Below are positions 48,050-60,700 of a stretch of 64,000 bases of DNA, in pieces. A program made the position numbers and the translations under genes. The notes under the pieces were generated by a model. It saw only the letters and a program-made list of their open reading frames with translations, searched no databases and was not told the origin of the DNA. Positions within the stretch are counted from its first letter, which is position 1, and the number at the start of each line of letters is the position of its first letter. The stretch spans positions 1 to 64,000 of the forward strand of contig NW_015167585.1 of NCBI RefSeq assembly GCF_001447785.1. The letters run 5' to 3'. Origin of the DNA: Gekko japonicus (Eukaryota).

Positions 48050-48790
48050 CGTTCTGTTCTTTGGACGCATCCGGGCTCTTACGTAAGACGGACCCTCTCT
48101 CCAGACGCATGCGCCGCTCTCCCCTATTAGCGTATGACCACATCGCTTGCCAGCGGCGTTTTCTAGGCGCCTAACTCGCGGCTGAGTCTGCGCGTGCGCA
48201 AGAGCATTTCCGACGCGCTGGTCAATTTCTCGCATGCGCACAGAAACACTGGCCGCCATTTTGCGCGCCGCTTCAATCAGTCTTTCTGGTTAAAAAAAAG
48301 AAAAGAAAAAGTAAGCCAAAAACGAGACTCGTCAATGGCGTCGGAGAACGAGGTCGGACTCGTCGCAGAGGCGACAATACCCCTCAGCGGCGATGGCGCT
48401 GCAGAAAGCCCCGGGGGTGGCGCCGCTGTGGGGACGACGACGGTGCGGCGCCTCAGCGACCTGCGAGTGATCGATCTGAGAGCCGAACTGAAGCACCGGG
48501 GCCTGGACACCGGTGGGAATAAGAGCGTCCTTCTCGAGCGGCTTCGGAAGGTAAAAGCTTCACTGAGGGGAGAAGGGAGCAAAAATCCCCTAGAATAAGG
48601 GGAGGAGGGTTAAACCGGCTCTGCGCATGTGCGTTGTGCGAGGCCCGCTACCCTGCGGTAAGTAAATGGCGCCTCAGGGTTCCATTGAGCACGTGACTCC
48701 TGGACGGTCTCGCGGGTCACGTGGCCGTGGCCACGTGGTTTGCGGTAGTTTTTTGGGGGTGCGTGGCCTCTGGCACTGCGCCGTTAATTA
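48050..48790 (+). promoter_or_regulatory. CpG island / promoter of SAFB2, with YY1 (48253-48263), NRF1-like motifs (48106-48114, 48189-48200, 48231-48240) and three intronic CACGTG E-boxes
   Basis: CpG-rich; motif matches read directly. Confidence 0.8.
48335..48550 (+). CDS. SAFB2: SAFB2 exon 1 (ATG, SAP domain)
   Basis: MASENEVG...[35 protein letters not shown]|gtaaaa. Confidence 0.93.
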
Positions 48791-51700
48791 ATTGCACGTT
48801 TATGTAATAATATATATATAAGAGAGATTAGGGTTACCCGATGTCCTCTTTTTTACAGTGCTTGTGTTCTTTTTTGTGTGTGGTCCTATTTTGGGCTCTT
48901 TTTAAAAAACGGATGAAAATGGCCTCTTTTTGGGTTGGAAGGTTAGGAATGTTCCTAGTGAGTAGCCATGATCACAGCTTAAAGAGGAGGGGTATATAGA
49001 AGGAGACAGGTAATCGTGATCGCTTGTTTGAAGTGGTGGGACACATGGCCTCTTTTTTGCGGTTCAAAATATGGTAACCCTATGAGAGATGTCTTTTTGC
49101 ATTGTAGTTATAACTAACTGCAGCCACCACCACACCCTAAATTAAGTTAAATTGCATAGCATACTAAAAAGAATAGGAACTAGAAAGGGGGGGGGGGAGA
49201 CCAAAGGCTGGATAATGACCAATGACTGGATAACAGATTAATTTGTTGTCGTTGTTCAGTCGCACTGTTGAGTCTGACTCTTCAGGACCCCATGGACCAG
49301 ATCATGCCAGGCCTTCCTGTCTTCCGCTGTCCTCTGAATTAATTATGCTCCTCGGTTTCCAAAGAGGAGGGAAAATCATTCCAGCCAGGGCTATTTTTGG
49401 GCAGGAACGCACAGGAACGGAGTTCCGGCTGGCTTCAGAGTTGGCCACACCCACTACAGCCAAAACCTCTGTGTGGGAGGCTACAGAGGGAAGGCCTGGA
49501 GGGTGACACCCCCCCCCCCGCGACTCCGAGGCCAGCAGGCCAGGGGGTCCCTGGAAGGATTAAATGCCTCTCCGTGCCTTCCCTGGCCGCGGGGTGCCCA
49601 GACAAGCCAAGGGAAGGCATGGGTGGTGTCGCCTAATATGCTAATGTGTTTCTGCTGTTGGGTGTGACCTATTATGCTAATGAGAGGTTGGTGCAAAGTC
49701 ACCAATTGAATTTGATGGCAAAGTGGGGATTTGAACTCGCGTCTCCCATATCGTACTCTACTCTTCACAACGAATTGGCTATTCACTGCATTGATAGCAG
49801 CTATTAGTTATGGTGGCTACATGGATCCTCTGTGTTCAGTGGCAGTCTACTTTTTGGATTGGGGGGGGTGGCACAAGCAACCAGCCCAAGCTATGGCTTT
49901 TGTGTTCTGCTCACGCTTGTAGCCAGGAATTTCTAAGTCAGGGGGCATTTTAATTCTTGGGGGGGGGGCACTGGCTAAATCAGTTAAAGGTAACTCACAT
50001 GCTTCAGCTGACCCCAGAGAGAGGTGTGGTGCAGGGAGAGGGCAAGGAGAAGTGGCAGCGCAGGGGGAGTCCGTGGCAGCCATCGCATCCTGCCAGAGAG
50101 TTGGGGTGGGGCCTGGGCTGAAAGGAAGTTGGGGGGCATTGGCAGGAAGCCCTGGGGCCAGGCCCCAAAATGCCCTACTGTACCTGTGGGCCTGGTTCTG
50201 CTTTTGAGCTTCCTGGGAGCATCTTGCTGGTCACTGCTCAATTCAGGCTCTTTAGATAGAGACACTGTTCATATAATCCTGCAAGAGTGATTTTGTGTTA
50301 GATGCCCCTTAGATTATAGCTCTTTAGTAATATACTCTCTGCACTGTCCTTCCTCATACGCTTACTGCTCCTTATTGGGCATGGGGAGAAATGCCTCAAA
50401 CCCTGTGTGGTCAGAGTCCCTCTAAATGAAGTTGTAGGCTTCACTTTCCGGGGGATGGGGCTTTATTGCTTTGCACAGCACTGTCTCTTTCCTCACTGGC
50501 CAGTTGTGTGGTCAGACCCACTGTAACTTGACATATCCATTGAGGCATCCGGGAAGCTGTCCTTCTGGGAGTCTTTCTCTGGCTTGCNNNNNNNNNNNNN
50601 NNNNNNNNNNNNNNNNNNNNNNNNNNNNNNNNNNNNNNNNNNNNNNNNNNNNNNNNNNNNNNNNNNNNNNNNNNNNNNNNNNNNNNNNNNNNNNNNNNNN
50701 NNNNNNNNNNNNNNNNNNNNNNNNNNNNNNNNNNNNNNNNNNNNNNNNNNNNNNNNNNNNNNNNNNNNNNNNNNNNNNNNNNNNNNNNNNNNNNNNNNNN
50801 NNNNNNNNNNNNNNNNNNNNNNNNNNNNNNNNNNNCTTAATTCTTCACTTCTGTTTCTTTCTGCCTTTCTCCTCTTGCTGTTTGTTCTTATTTCCCTAAT
50901 AGCCACAGCCCCATCTCCTAGGTCAGACCTGACCCTCTGAGGGAGGCATGACTGGTTCCACACTGTGATGCCACATCACCCCCATGTGCCTTCTCCCCTT
51001 TGGGCTTTGCTTTTGAGAGGTTAAACAAAGTTTGAGTCCAGTGGCACCTTTAAGTCCAACTAAGTTTAATTGTGGGTATACATTCGTGTGCATGGACTCA
51101 AACTTTGTTCTGTGCTTCTGATCAACATGGCTGCCCACCTGAATCTGTTTTTTTTAGAGGCTGTGGGCTTTGCCCCTAGGCTGATATATGAGCCACCTAG
51201 CTGCCTGTCCCTTTGCACCCTGTCTGTTTTGTTTGCCGTCCTGTCTAGGTAGGTCTAAGGCCTATAATGCAGTCAGGAAATAAAAAGAATCTACTTTCAG
51301 GATTGCCTGTTGAGGACATGGATTTTGTAGGACAAGGGACTAGTGAATGTGATTTATGAATGTGATTTCTTTCATATATCTATACTCTCCCTGGACTCCA
51401 ACTGTGTGTTCTTTATTCGGCCCCAGGAGCCCACGGGGCATAGATTTGTGCATCTATTTCAGATCCACGTTGGTGCCTCTTTGTATGTACTGTTCGACAA
51501 CATCTCATAAATATTGTAGCTTTGTGACATACACATATTACAATCTTATTAAGATCTCAGTTCTAACTATACAATTAACCAAACTTACCGTAAATGCAAA
51601 AATATAGCTCAAAAATAAATCATTTTTTTAATACAGTGGGTTATTTGGAATAATTTCTTTTTCAAGCATAAAACTTATAACAGGGTACCATACTGTGACC

Positions 51701-54700
51701 ATGTTTTAATTGCAATTTTCTGGTGATGAATTTCGATATTTTTTTTTTGCATTATAAAACATTCCCATATATGATTATACCATTGTGTAAGTGTTGGGGG
51801 TTTCTTGTCTAACCATCTAAGAGCAACAAGAATATGTGCTGTTGCTATATGAATGTAATATCTGATATTTCTCTTGACATGTAGAATGCCAGCTGCCACT
51901 GTGCCTTATTAGCATTTAGCCTAGTAAGAGGAGATTTAGAATAGAATCAATTACAGTATTATATTTATTGGTTAGAGGTGGGAAAGACTGGCTTTTTGTT
52001 TTTTACTGTTCTGGAAAAATGTAGAAAATTTGAGACTAGAATATATGTAATATTTACTTTACTGTAGGAGCCCAGGCTAACCCAATCTCAGGCAAGATCG
52101 ACAGTGGTTAGTAGTTGGATGGGATACCACCAAAAAATACCAGGGTTTCTATTCAGAGGCAGGCAATTTATTGGTTAGAGGTCCTTTTTTAGATTCACAA
52201 AATATTAGAATGGAATGTACACTTTGAAATTATAAGCTTCCCAGCTGAAGGACATCCTACAGCAAAGTTATGAGATGGAAAGACCCTGAATGTTCCCAAA
52301 ACAATATCTTTCTTTACAGAGCAGAGAATCTGGCACCGGGAAGTCTGCCAAGAGCTAAGTTGTATGCTTCTTATCAGGGAAGTCCCAATTTTTAGGTTGA
52401 AGCAAATAGGTCAGGAATGATGCCAAAAGAAGGCCTCTTTGTTCGTTGATGTTCTCCACTGTTCCGGGACCAGATAAGCAGACGTAATTACTGACACTTA
52501 TGATCAACGAAGGAATATGCCAGTAGAAAGGTGCCGGGTCAAATGATGCTCTGATGATGATACCTATTGGACACCAATTAGGGATTTCTTTCTGTGTAAA
52601 CTGTCATGATGTCATTTGGGGTATAAGATCTACTGCCCTTCCTGGCTGGGGCAGAATACAGCTTGGTGTTACTGGGTGCCAAGGGCTCCAGTCCTGTATT
52701 TTCCTAATTATTGCAATAATCATATATTTATACTCTCCCTGGACTCCAACTGTGTATTCTTTATTCGGCCCCGGGAGCCCACGGGGCATAGATTTGTGCA
52801 TCAATTTCAGATCTACGTTGGTGCCTCTTTGTATGTACTGTTCGGAGAAGTAAGGTAGATTGTAGCCTGCCTTCTGAGTAATAAATAGCCCTTAATGTTG
52901 CTCTCAGTAAATCTGAGAGTGAGTAAAACTGTGGAATACTGTGGAGTGTGCTTATGTGTCATTGCATGTGGCAAGCTTTGTGATAATTGGATAAAATTGG
53001 CCGCCTAAAGTCCTGTCATGTCACTTAATGATACATCTTTGAAATCCTACCAGTTCAAGTCTGTTTTCTAATCAGTTTCTAATCAGAATCATTAACGTGA
53101 TTTAAAGCTTTAAAACGTAATCTTTCTGGCCTTTTACAGAACCGATGGTTTGCACAGATTTTTCTGCTCTTGATAGAGAAGATAGCTTTTTTTTCTCGAT
53201 TTGGTACATGGTTCCAAGCACAGATCAGGCTCTCCTGCCCACCCGTGCCTTCAGATCTCCAGAAACCACGTGGTGCATCAGCTATTTGTCCACACAGGCG
53301 GCAAGCCTTGGAGGTGGTTTGTGAAAGGGGTGGAGTGGCCTACCTTGGAACAATAAGAGACAGTGTGTTTCACAAACTTGCTCTCGGTGTTGTTTGGGGT
53401 TTACTTTTTCTTTAGGCTCTTCTGCACGAAACACAGTGGGCCTCTATCAATAAGCAGTTGATTTTGGTCTGTCTTGTAGGCAATTGAGGAAGAAGGAGGA
53501 GATCCTGATGAAATTCCAGTGGTGTCTGAAACAACCCTTAAGAAGACTCCCAAAAGAAATAGCAAAGGTATGCAAGGGAATGCAGAGAACTCCACCTCTG
53601 TCCACATGCTGCTGTATTTTGCTTGTTTTGTTCAGTAGTGAACAGTTGAACTGAGCTGTGCCAGCTAGACTGTGTACTCACCCCAGAAGTGGAAGCAGTG
53701 AACGCTTTCTGAAGGCCTCCGTAGGTAGGCTGATTTGTCTGTAAAGCCACAACTGCACTGTGTGCGTTTTAACCCAGAACTGCTTCTCAGTCTCTCTGTC
53801 CACTTTGCCATGTCAGTGACAGTCCCTCAGACTCAATTTTCACAAGCAGCAGGTGAGATTGTCCAGGCTGTGGCACTTGAGGTTACAGACTGCGCCAGCT
53901 AATCAATTGGAGATGTAGGCATAACACTAGATGCTGGTGAGGCTAGCCTTTTCTTTGACACGCAAGTTGAATATGGCTGGGGAAATAGGAGGAGCGGCTT
54001 TTTCACATGGCTGCATCAGACAGAGATGAGACAGTGAGCTTGCCTCTCTTGGCCAGTTTGGGGCGAACTCTGACCCCACGCCCCGAATCTGCTGCTGCAG
54101 CCATTTTGTCTGGTCATTACGGAACAGTTCTGCACGTTATTTAAGTATCTGAATTTACTTTCCCACCCTTTCTTCCTGGCCCGTTCTCCTGTGTTCTGTG
54201 CCATGTTAAATATAGATCAGCATCATTATAAAAGTATATTAAAACAATGCTTTATGCGGCGAGAACTGCAATAGCATCAAAATGGAAGAATCCAAACTCA
54301 ACCACTATCCAGGAATGGTTCCAAAAACTTTGGGACCAATACATAATGGAAAGTATTACTGGAAAATGTAATGCTGCAAAAACCAACCAGCCCGATTTGA
54401 GGTTTAGTGCAAAGTGGTTTCCTATTCTTACCTTCTTAGAAGCAGAACAATACATACCACCCTCTTGGAAGAAATATATTGATTGGCTCTGAAGGAAATT
54501 GAAAGGTAGAATTTTTCTTAACAGGGACATGAGGATATATCCTATTACAGATAAGTTTAAACTATAATAGGTCAATAATCTACATAATGAAAAGTAGTGT
54601 TAAAAGGTCTGCCAAAGCTTAATATTTACCTGATTTATTGCTAAAAAAATTTCTCCTCTGAAATATAATTATATCCAGTACAATATTGAGATTAGTTAAA

Positions 54701-57700
54701 TGTTGAATATATATTTGTTCTTGATGATTGATGTATAGATTATGTTGTTATTAGTACTAGCTAATTTTTGTTAAAATTGAAGTGGTTTTATCTTACTTTA
54801 ACAGTTGTATGCATTTTTAATACTTCAATAAAAAAGTGTTTAAAAAAAAAGAAAAGAAGTAAACTGCCTTGAATGCAGTTACCTTGGCCTGGGTGGCTAG
54901 GCTAGTCCGATCTTGGAAGCTAAGCAGGGTTGGCCCTGGTTAGCACTTGCGTAGGAGACCACCAAGGCAGTCCAGGGTCATGACACAGAGGCAGGCCACC
55001 TGGACATCTCTTGCCTTGTAAACCCCATGAGGCATCTCTATAAGTCGGTGGTGACAACACTTTCCACCACCATACCTTGAATACAGTACCTGACTGTTCC
55101 CTGGAAGGCCAGATCCTGAAGTTGAAGCTCAAATACTGTGGCCACTCACTGGAGAAGAAGACCCTGATGCTGGGAAAGACTGAAGGTCAAAGAAGACGGG
55201 GACGGCAAAGGATGAGATGGTTAGACAGTGTCATCGATGCAACGAACATGAAATTGAGCAAGCTTCAGAGGACAGCGGAAGACAGGAGGGCCTGGTGTGA
55301 TCTGGTCCATGGGGTCATGAAGAGTTAGACTCGACTGTGCGACAACAACACCTTGAATCCAATGACAGAAAGGAGAATACTGGTCTATGACCGTAATAAA
55401 CTTGAAAACTAATGACAGAAAGGAGGAACGTAAATGTATTGAATGAAGAAGGTGGTCAGCAGAGTGTTTTTTAAAACATTTCCACGTCTTCTGTTTGTTC
55501 CCTTTCTGACCTCTTTGGGAACGGGATGCCCCCAAATATTAGGAATTATGCGAGATCCGACTTAACCGTTGTATATTATGTCGCTGTAACTATTTGTGTT
55601 TACGATATTTAGCCTGCCTTTCTCACTGAACTCAGCTGAACTCTCATACTGTCCGTGTTTTCAATGTGCATAGGCCATGAAGAGTAGTTTTATGCACGCG
55701 TGCCCTGCTTTGAATTCTAACGACAGCGATCTCTTTTAGGACGTAGGCCGGAGGAAGAAGGTGTCGAAGACAATGGTCTCGAAGAAGATTTTGGAGATGG
55801 ACAGGTACAGCTGGCCCAGTACTGAAGCTGCAAAGTAACAGTTCTGCGTCCTGCGTCCTGACTACTGTCACACATGCTCTTTTTTTCCTTTTTGCAGGAG
55901 GATATTGAAGCAAGTTCGGATAACTTGCAGGATGTTGACATGATGGAAATTAGTGTGTTAGATGAAGCTGAAATAGATAACAGCAGTGCAGTAGAGTGCC
56001 GAGCAGCTGGCAGTGCCGATAGTGGGCTCGACTCTCTCTCTGACAGTAAAGGAAATGCTGGGGCAGGAAGGAAAGAACATCCACAGCAGCTTGCAGGATG
56101 CCCTGCAGGTGACATGGAGGCACCTCCACAGTCGCCGGGCATTAAAGAAGACCCGAGAGAAATACCAGTAGCTGTGGTATGCATCTCTACTCCAATGTGC
56201 AGAATCAGATCAATCATCGCAGTAACCTCTTTAATTTTTCTCAAAATAGACTATAAAAAGGGGGGGGATGTCTAAAAATAAACACAGAGTCCCCCCCCTT
56301 TTGAAAAAATGACCATAATCATACCATTTTTGACTAAAACCTGAAAAAGTTAAATGCATGAATCATAAACATTGTCTGTAGTAGCAATAATTCAGAAATC
56401 TGGTTTTTTTAAATAGTTGAATGCTCTTTTTTTTTTTTTTACCACATGCATTTCTGCTCATTCACCTTTTTGTGTGTGTTCATGTTCAAGGGGACTGCAG
56501 TTACATTTTTTACTTGGTCGAGCCCCAGGGTGTTTTGTTTCCAGGCAAACGATAGCCTTGTTCCCTGTCTGACTTCCTTGGGTTCAGGATGCCCCCAAAT
56601 ATGAGGAGAGAGTTGACTTAACCGTTGTATATTATGCAGGGGTAATCGCTTGCGTTTATGATCTTTAGTTTGCATTTCTCACTGAGACTCAAGATGGTTT
56701 ACAGGGGCGTAAGTCAGTGTGATCAATAGTTAGTGGATTTCAAAACCCGATTTCCCAGCGAAACATTTAGGGGTGGTCCCATTCTGTCCCCACTCCCGCC
56801 TCAGTATTTTAATTCCAGTTTGTGAATCGTTTCAACCTGCCTGAGATCTCGGGAGGGAAGGCAAGTGCAATGAATGCAAAGTTATTGCTTTTAGAACTGT
56901 GTTTTGAAAACCACATTAACAAATTTGAGTGTGCCCTAAAAATATCACTTCTTGGAAATTTTTCATCCTAAACCTGCAGCCCAGCCTGAGCAGGCATGTG
57001 CTGTTTGTGAAGTTGCTTGTTACACAAGTTGACTAGGCTGGCTGTTGTGGCAAGATACGTTCATCGTGCCAGGCTGTCATTTGCACCTTTGGTTTTTACG
57101 CTGTGCCGTGGGGAACTCTAAAGTTCCTTGGAAGCTTATTGGAGGCTTTTTGATGAGAAGTGTGCTTTCTCGTGCATACCCCAGACTGCTCTGCGGTGTG
57201 CTAAGCTCTGAAGGGATAAGCTCCTTCTTCTCTGAGCAGGAGTCTTGTGGCAGGCAGGCCCTTTCATCCACCAGTGGAGGCAGGACTTGTAAACGCTTGA
57301 GACTTCACCCCTGGAGGGGGGTCACTCTCCATTTTGGAAGTTCTGCAGCTGTGGGAAAAACAGCCAGGCTAAAAAGAATGCAAAGCTGTGGTGTGGGATT
57401 GGACTGATTATGGGAAATACCCAGCGCTATCCTAGATCTGGATGCCCTGTTACACTTGAGAAGAACCAGCCTGTGTGGCATAAGCCTCATGTTTTGGTTC
57501 ATCCAGCCACACATGTCCCATGATAACAGTGTTCTGGTCCACTCAAATGGGGGCATGTCCCATGATGGGGCACTCAATAACAGTGTTCTGGTCCACTCAA
57601 ATGGGGCTTGCACTGCGTCCATTGCACCAATTATTGCAGCCCCCTCCTGCCAAAAGTAAGCCATTAAAGCCCCTGCCTGTGCTGGTGGATGAGGGCTGAC

Positions 57701-60700
57701 TGCTCACCCCTGGGTTATTGCCTGTCTGATGGGGTCCACGGAGTGGGGAAGTTCTGATAACCTGGAGAGCAGAATGACCCCTGAAGGAGGGCTGGTGTCC
57801 GTCTTGACTCTGTTCTTATTTCACCCCAGTTGTGAATTTCCTGAGCAGCCTGTATCAAGCTTTGCTTTTATCCCCACCCCCTACCCTACCCCAATGCAGT
57901 AAGTGTGAAGAGTCGCCTGTATCAAGCTTTGCTTTTATCCCTACCCCAATGCAGTAAGTGTGAAGAGTAGTGGGCTGTCTCACAGGGTACTTGAGGATGG
58001 GGTGGTGGTGGGACTCTAAAACATACTACACTTGTATGGATTGGATAACATACCGCTTGATAGATTCCGGTGGGTAGCCATGTTGATCTGAAGCAGTAGA
58101 ACAAAGTTTGAGTCCAGTGGCACCTTTAAGACCAACAGAGTTAAATTCTGGGTATAAGCTTTCCTGTGCATGCACACTTCTTCAGACCACGAAAGGTTAT
58201 ACCCAGAATGCCACTTGAGTAACAGTACAGTAATGGTACTGTTGTGGCAGTTAATGAGTCCAGTTCTACGGTTCCAATCAATAAATCACAGATTTGTGAT
58301 CAGCCACAAAGAGCTAGAATTTTGCTTTCCCGCTGTGGTTTGTGTTAACTGTGTTATGTGAACCGACATCCGCTGTTATACTTCCAAAGCAGTCCCTGCA
58401 TGGGTGTTGTGAGCAACAGAAAATGTATACCGGCGAGGAACTGTGAGTTGTGACTTGTACATTTGGAAGCCTAATCTTCTGCTTAGTGCAAAACACGGTT
58501 CGGTGTTAGTTCCAGAGGGGTGTGGTGGTTTGGTGTGATAAGTGAATTGAGCTAGTGAGGGCAGAACTCCGTGCCTGCCAGTGGGGAGAGGGAGCAGATG
58601 GTGAAGAATTGACTGTCCAGAGCTGCAGCCCTATGCATGCTTACCTGTGAGTAGGATTTGTTTCTGAGTAAATAGACAAAGGATTGCACCTTATAGCAGT
58701 CTGGAGAGAATGTGTCCTGTTTAAAATTCGTTATGGGCATGGTCTATTGAGACTCTGCTCTCTTGAGTTAGCAGTGCACTGGGGGCAAGCGAAACAGCGT
58801 CTCCTTCCCCAAATGTGTCAAGAGGATTCTTCTTCTTTGTGCAGATGTGCTAGGGACTTAGAGAAATGCCATCGAAGTTCCTTGCCACTTTTCTTCATCT
58901 CCCCTGCCACCCTTCACTTCATTTCTTGCTTTTCAAAAAACAAATTCTGTCTGTTAAGCACGCTGCTTGTTTAATTCAAGCTTCTTTCAGAATAAGGGGT
59001 CATCATAAGGCCCAGGGGATCTTATCCCTCATTCTGGCCTGTCTTTCCTTGACAGTCGTCTGTTACAGCTGCTCGTGTACTTCTTTTAGGTCGAAGGTGA
59101 AGATGCTGGAAGCGCCATGGAGCTGGGAACTTCTGATTGCACCAGTGCAAAGGTAAAACGGTTTAAAAATTCCTGACTGATCTTACAGTAATTCTGAAAA
59201 GTTGCCGAAACAACTGTTGGAAAGTTTATGATGCAAGAAGACCCTGACTTGCAACCTGCTCGATAGGTGGGTAGTGCGTCATTCAGAGCAGCGGCAGCGT
59301 TGGCCAGATGACTCCTGCCCATGCGGTAGCCAAGAGTGGACTCGGCAGGAGACGTGAGCCGGGGCCTGATGTGGTGGATAGCTGGCTTCCACTCCTGGCA
59401 GTGGCGGGCCTGTAGGATCTCTGCATGTATTTGGAGCGACACACAGCTGGCTGGTAGTAACTCCCATGCGAGAAAGGGAAGACGGATAGAAACTGGCTAG
59501 TGATGAAACAATTGGCCAGTCGCTCGAAGAAGCACGAGTTGTGCCCAGTTGGTCAGTTATCCGTGTCAGCGTGTTTGACTCTGAAAGTGGGCAGCGCTTA
59601 AAGGCTGCAGTCTGAATTGGGATAGTCCCCATCCATGTTCCCTGAGGCCAGAGGAACAGATCGGCCAGGTTTTGACTACTAAGATGTAATGACGTTTATG
59701 AGTACGTAAATGCCACAAATAAGTCCGCATCAACACAGTTTGCGATTCACTCCTCACTGTAGCTGCAAACACAGAAGCCCCCAAGTGTTGAATGTGGCAA
59801 GATGGTGTTACGTCCTTTGCTTTGATCTTCTGTGGAGTGAGCTGGAGCTAACCTACATGGGCCGGTTCTAGGCAACTTTCCACGCAAAAGGGAAGTGGAG
59901 ACACCACCCCCTACATCCATCTGTGGTGGCAGAGACCAGCAGTGGGGAAAGGATTCCAGAGCCCAGTGCAGACTTCACAAGCTCAGCTGCCTCAGTTCTG
60001 CCACGCAAGGGTGAAACTGGCAGCAGCGTGCGGGCCCAGAAGGGAGCTGCAGCTTGGCAGCGGAGCATGGCACCCTTGTGGTCTAGATATGCCATTTGCT
60101 GGCCTATTTTCTATGCAAGAGTTTTAGTTCCTCTCCACAGGGGCACAAGTATTCGGCAGCGGAGCATGGCACCCCTAGAAATGCCATTCGCTGGCCTATT
60201 TTCTGTGCAAGAGTATTAGTTCCTCTCCACAGGGGCACAAGTATTTAGTGCAGTAAGACTCTTCTGCTGTGCAAAGGGAGGTGATATAGCACTGCCACAG
60301 GAGGTGGCGGCAGCTACTAGCATGGACAGCTTCAAGAGGGAATTAGATAAGCATATGGAGCAGAAGTCCATCAGTGGCTATTAGCCACAAGGTATAGATA
60401 GGAACTCTCAGGCTGGGGCAAGTGATGCTCTGTATTCTTGGTGCTTGGGGGGGGGGGCAACAGTGGGAGGGCTTCTAGTGTCCTGGCCCCACTGGTGGAC
60501 CTCCTGATGGCAGCTGGTATTTCTGGCCACTGTGTGACAGAGTGTTGGACTAGATGGGCCATTGGCCTGAACCAACATTGGCTTCTCTTATGTTCTTACA
60601 TGCTCTTAAAGAGTGCATGGTTGATGAAGATTTGTGTGAATTGAGAGGAGAGCGCAGGAAGTCTAGAGTGGCTTCACAAGACTAGAGTCTCTTTCACACA

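Noticed and set aside
50185-50965. Possible solo LTR or processed pseudogene around the gap
   Set aside because: TG..CA ends but no matching TSD, no recognisable protein, and a third of it is N.
57515-60245. Several short local tandem duplications (57515-57605, 57845-57965, 60055-60245)
   Set aside because: Ordinary two-copy slippage duplications with no spacer structure; not CRISPR-like.
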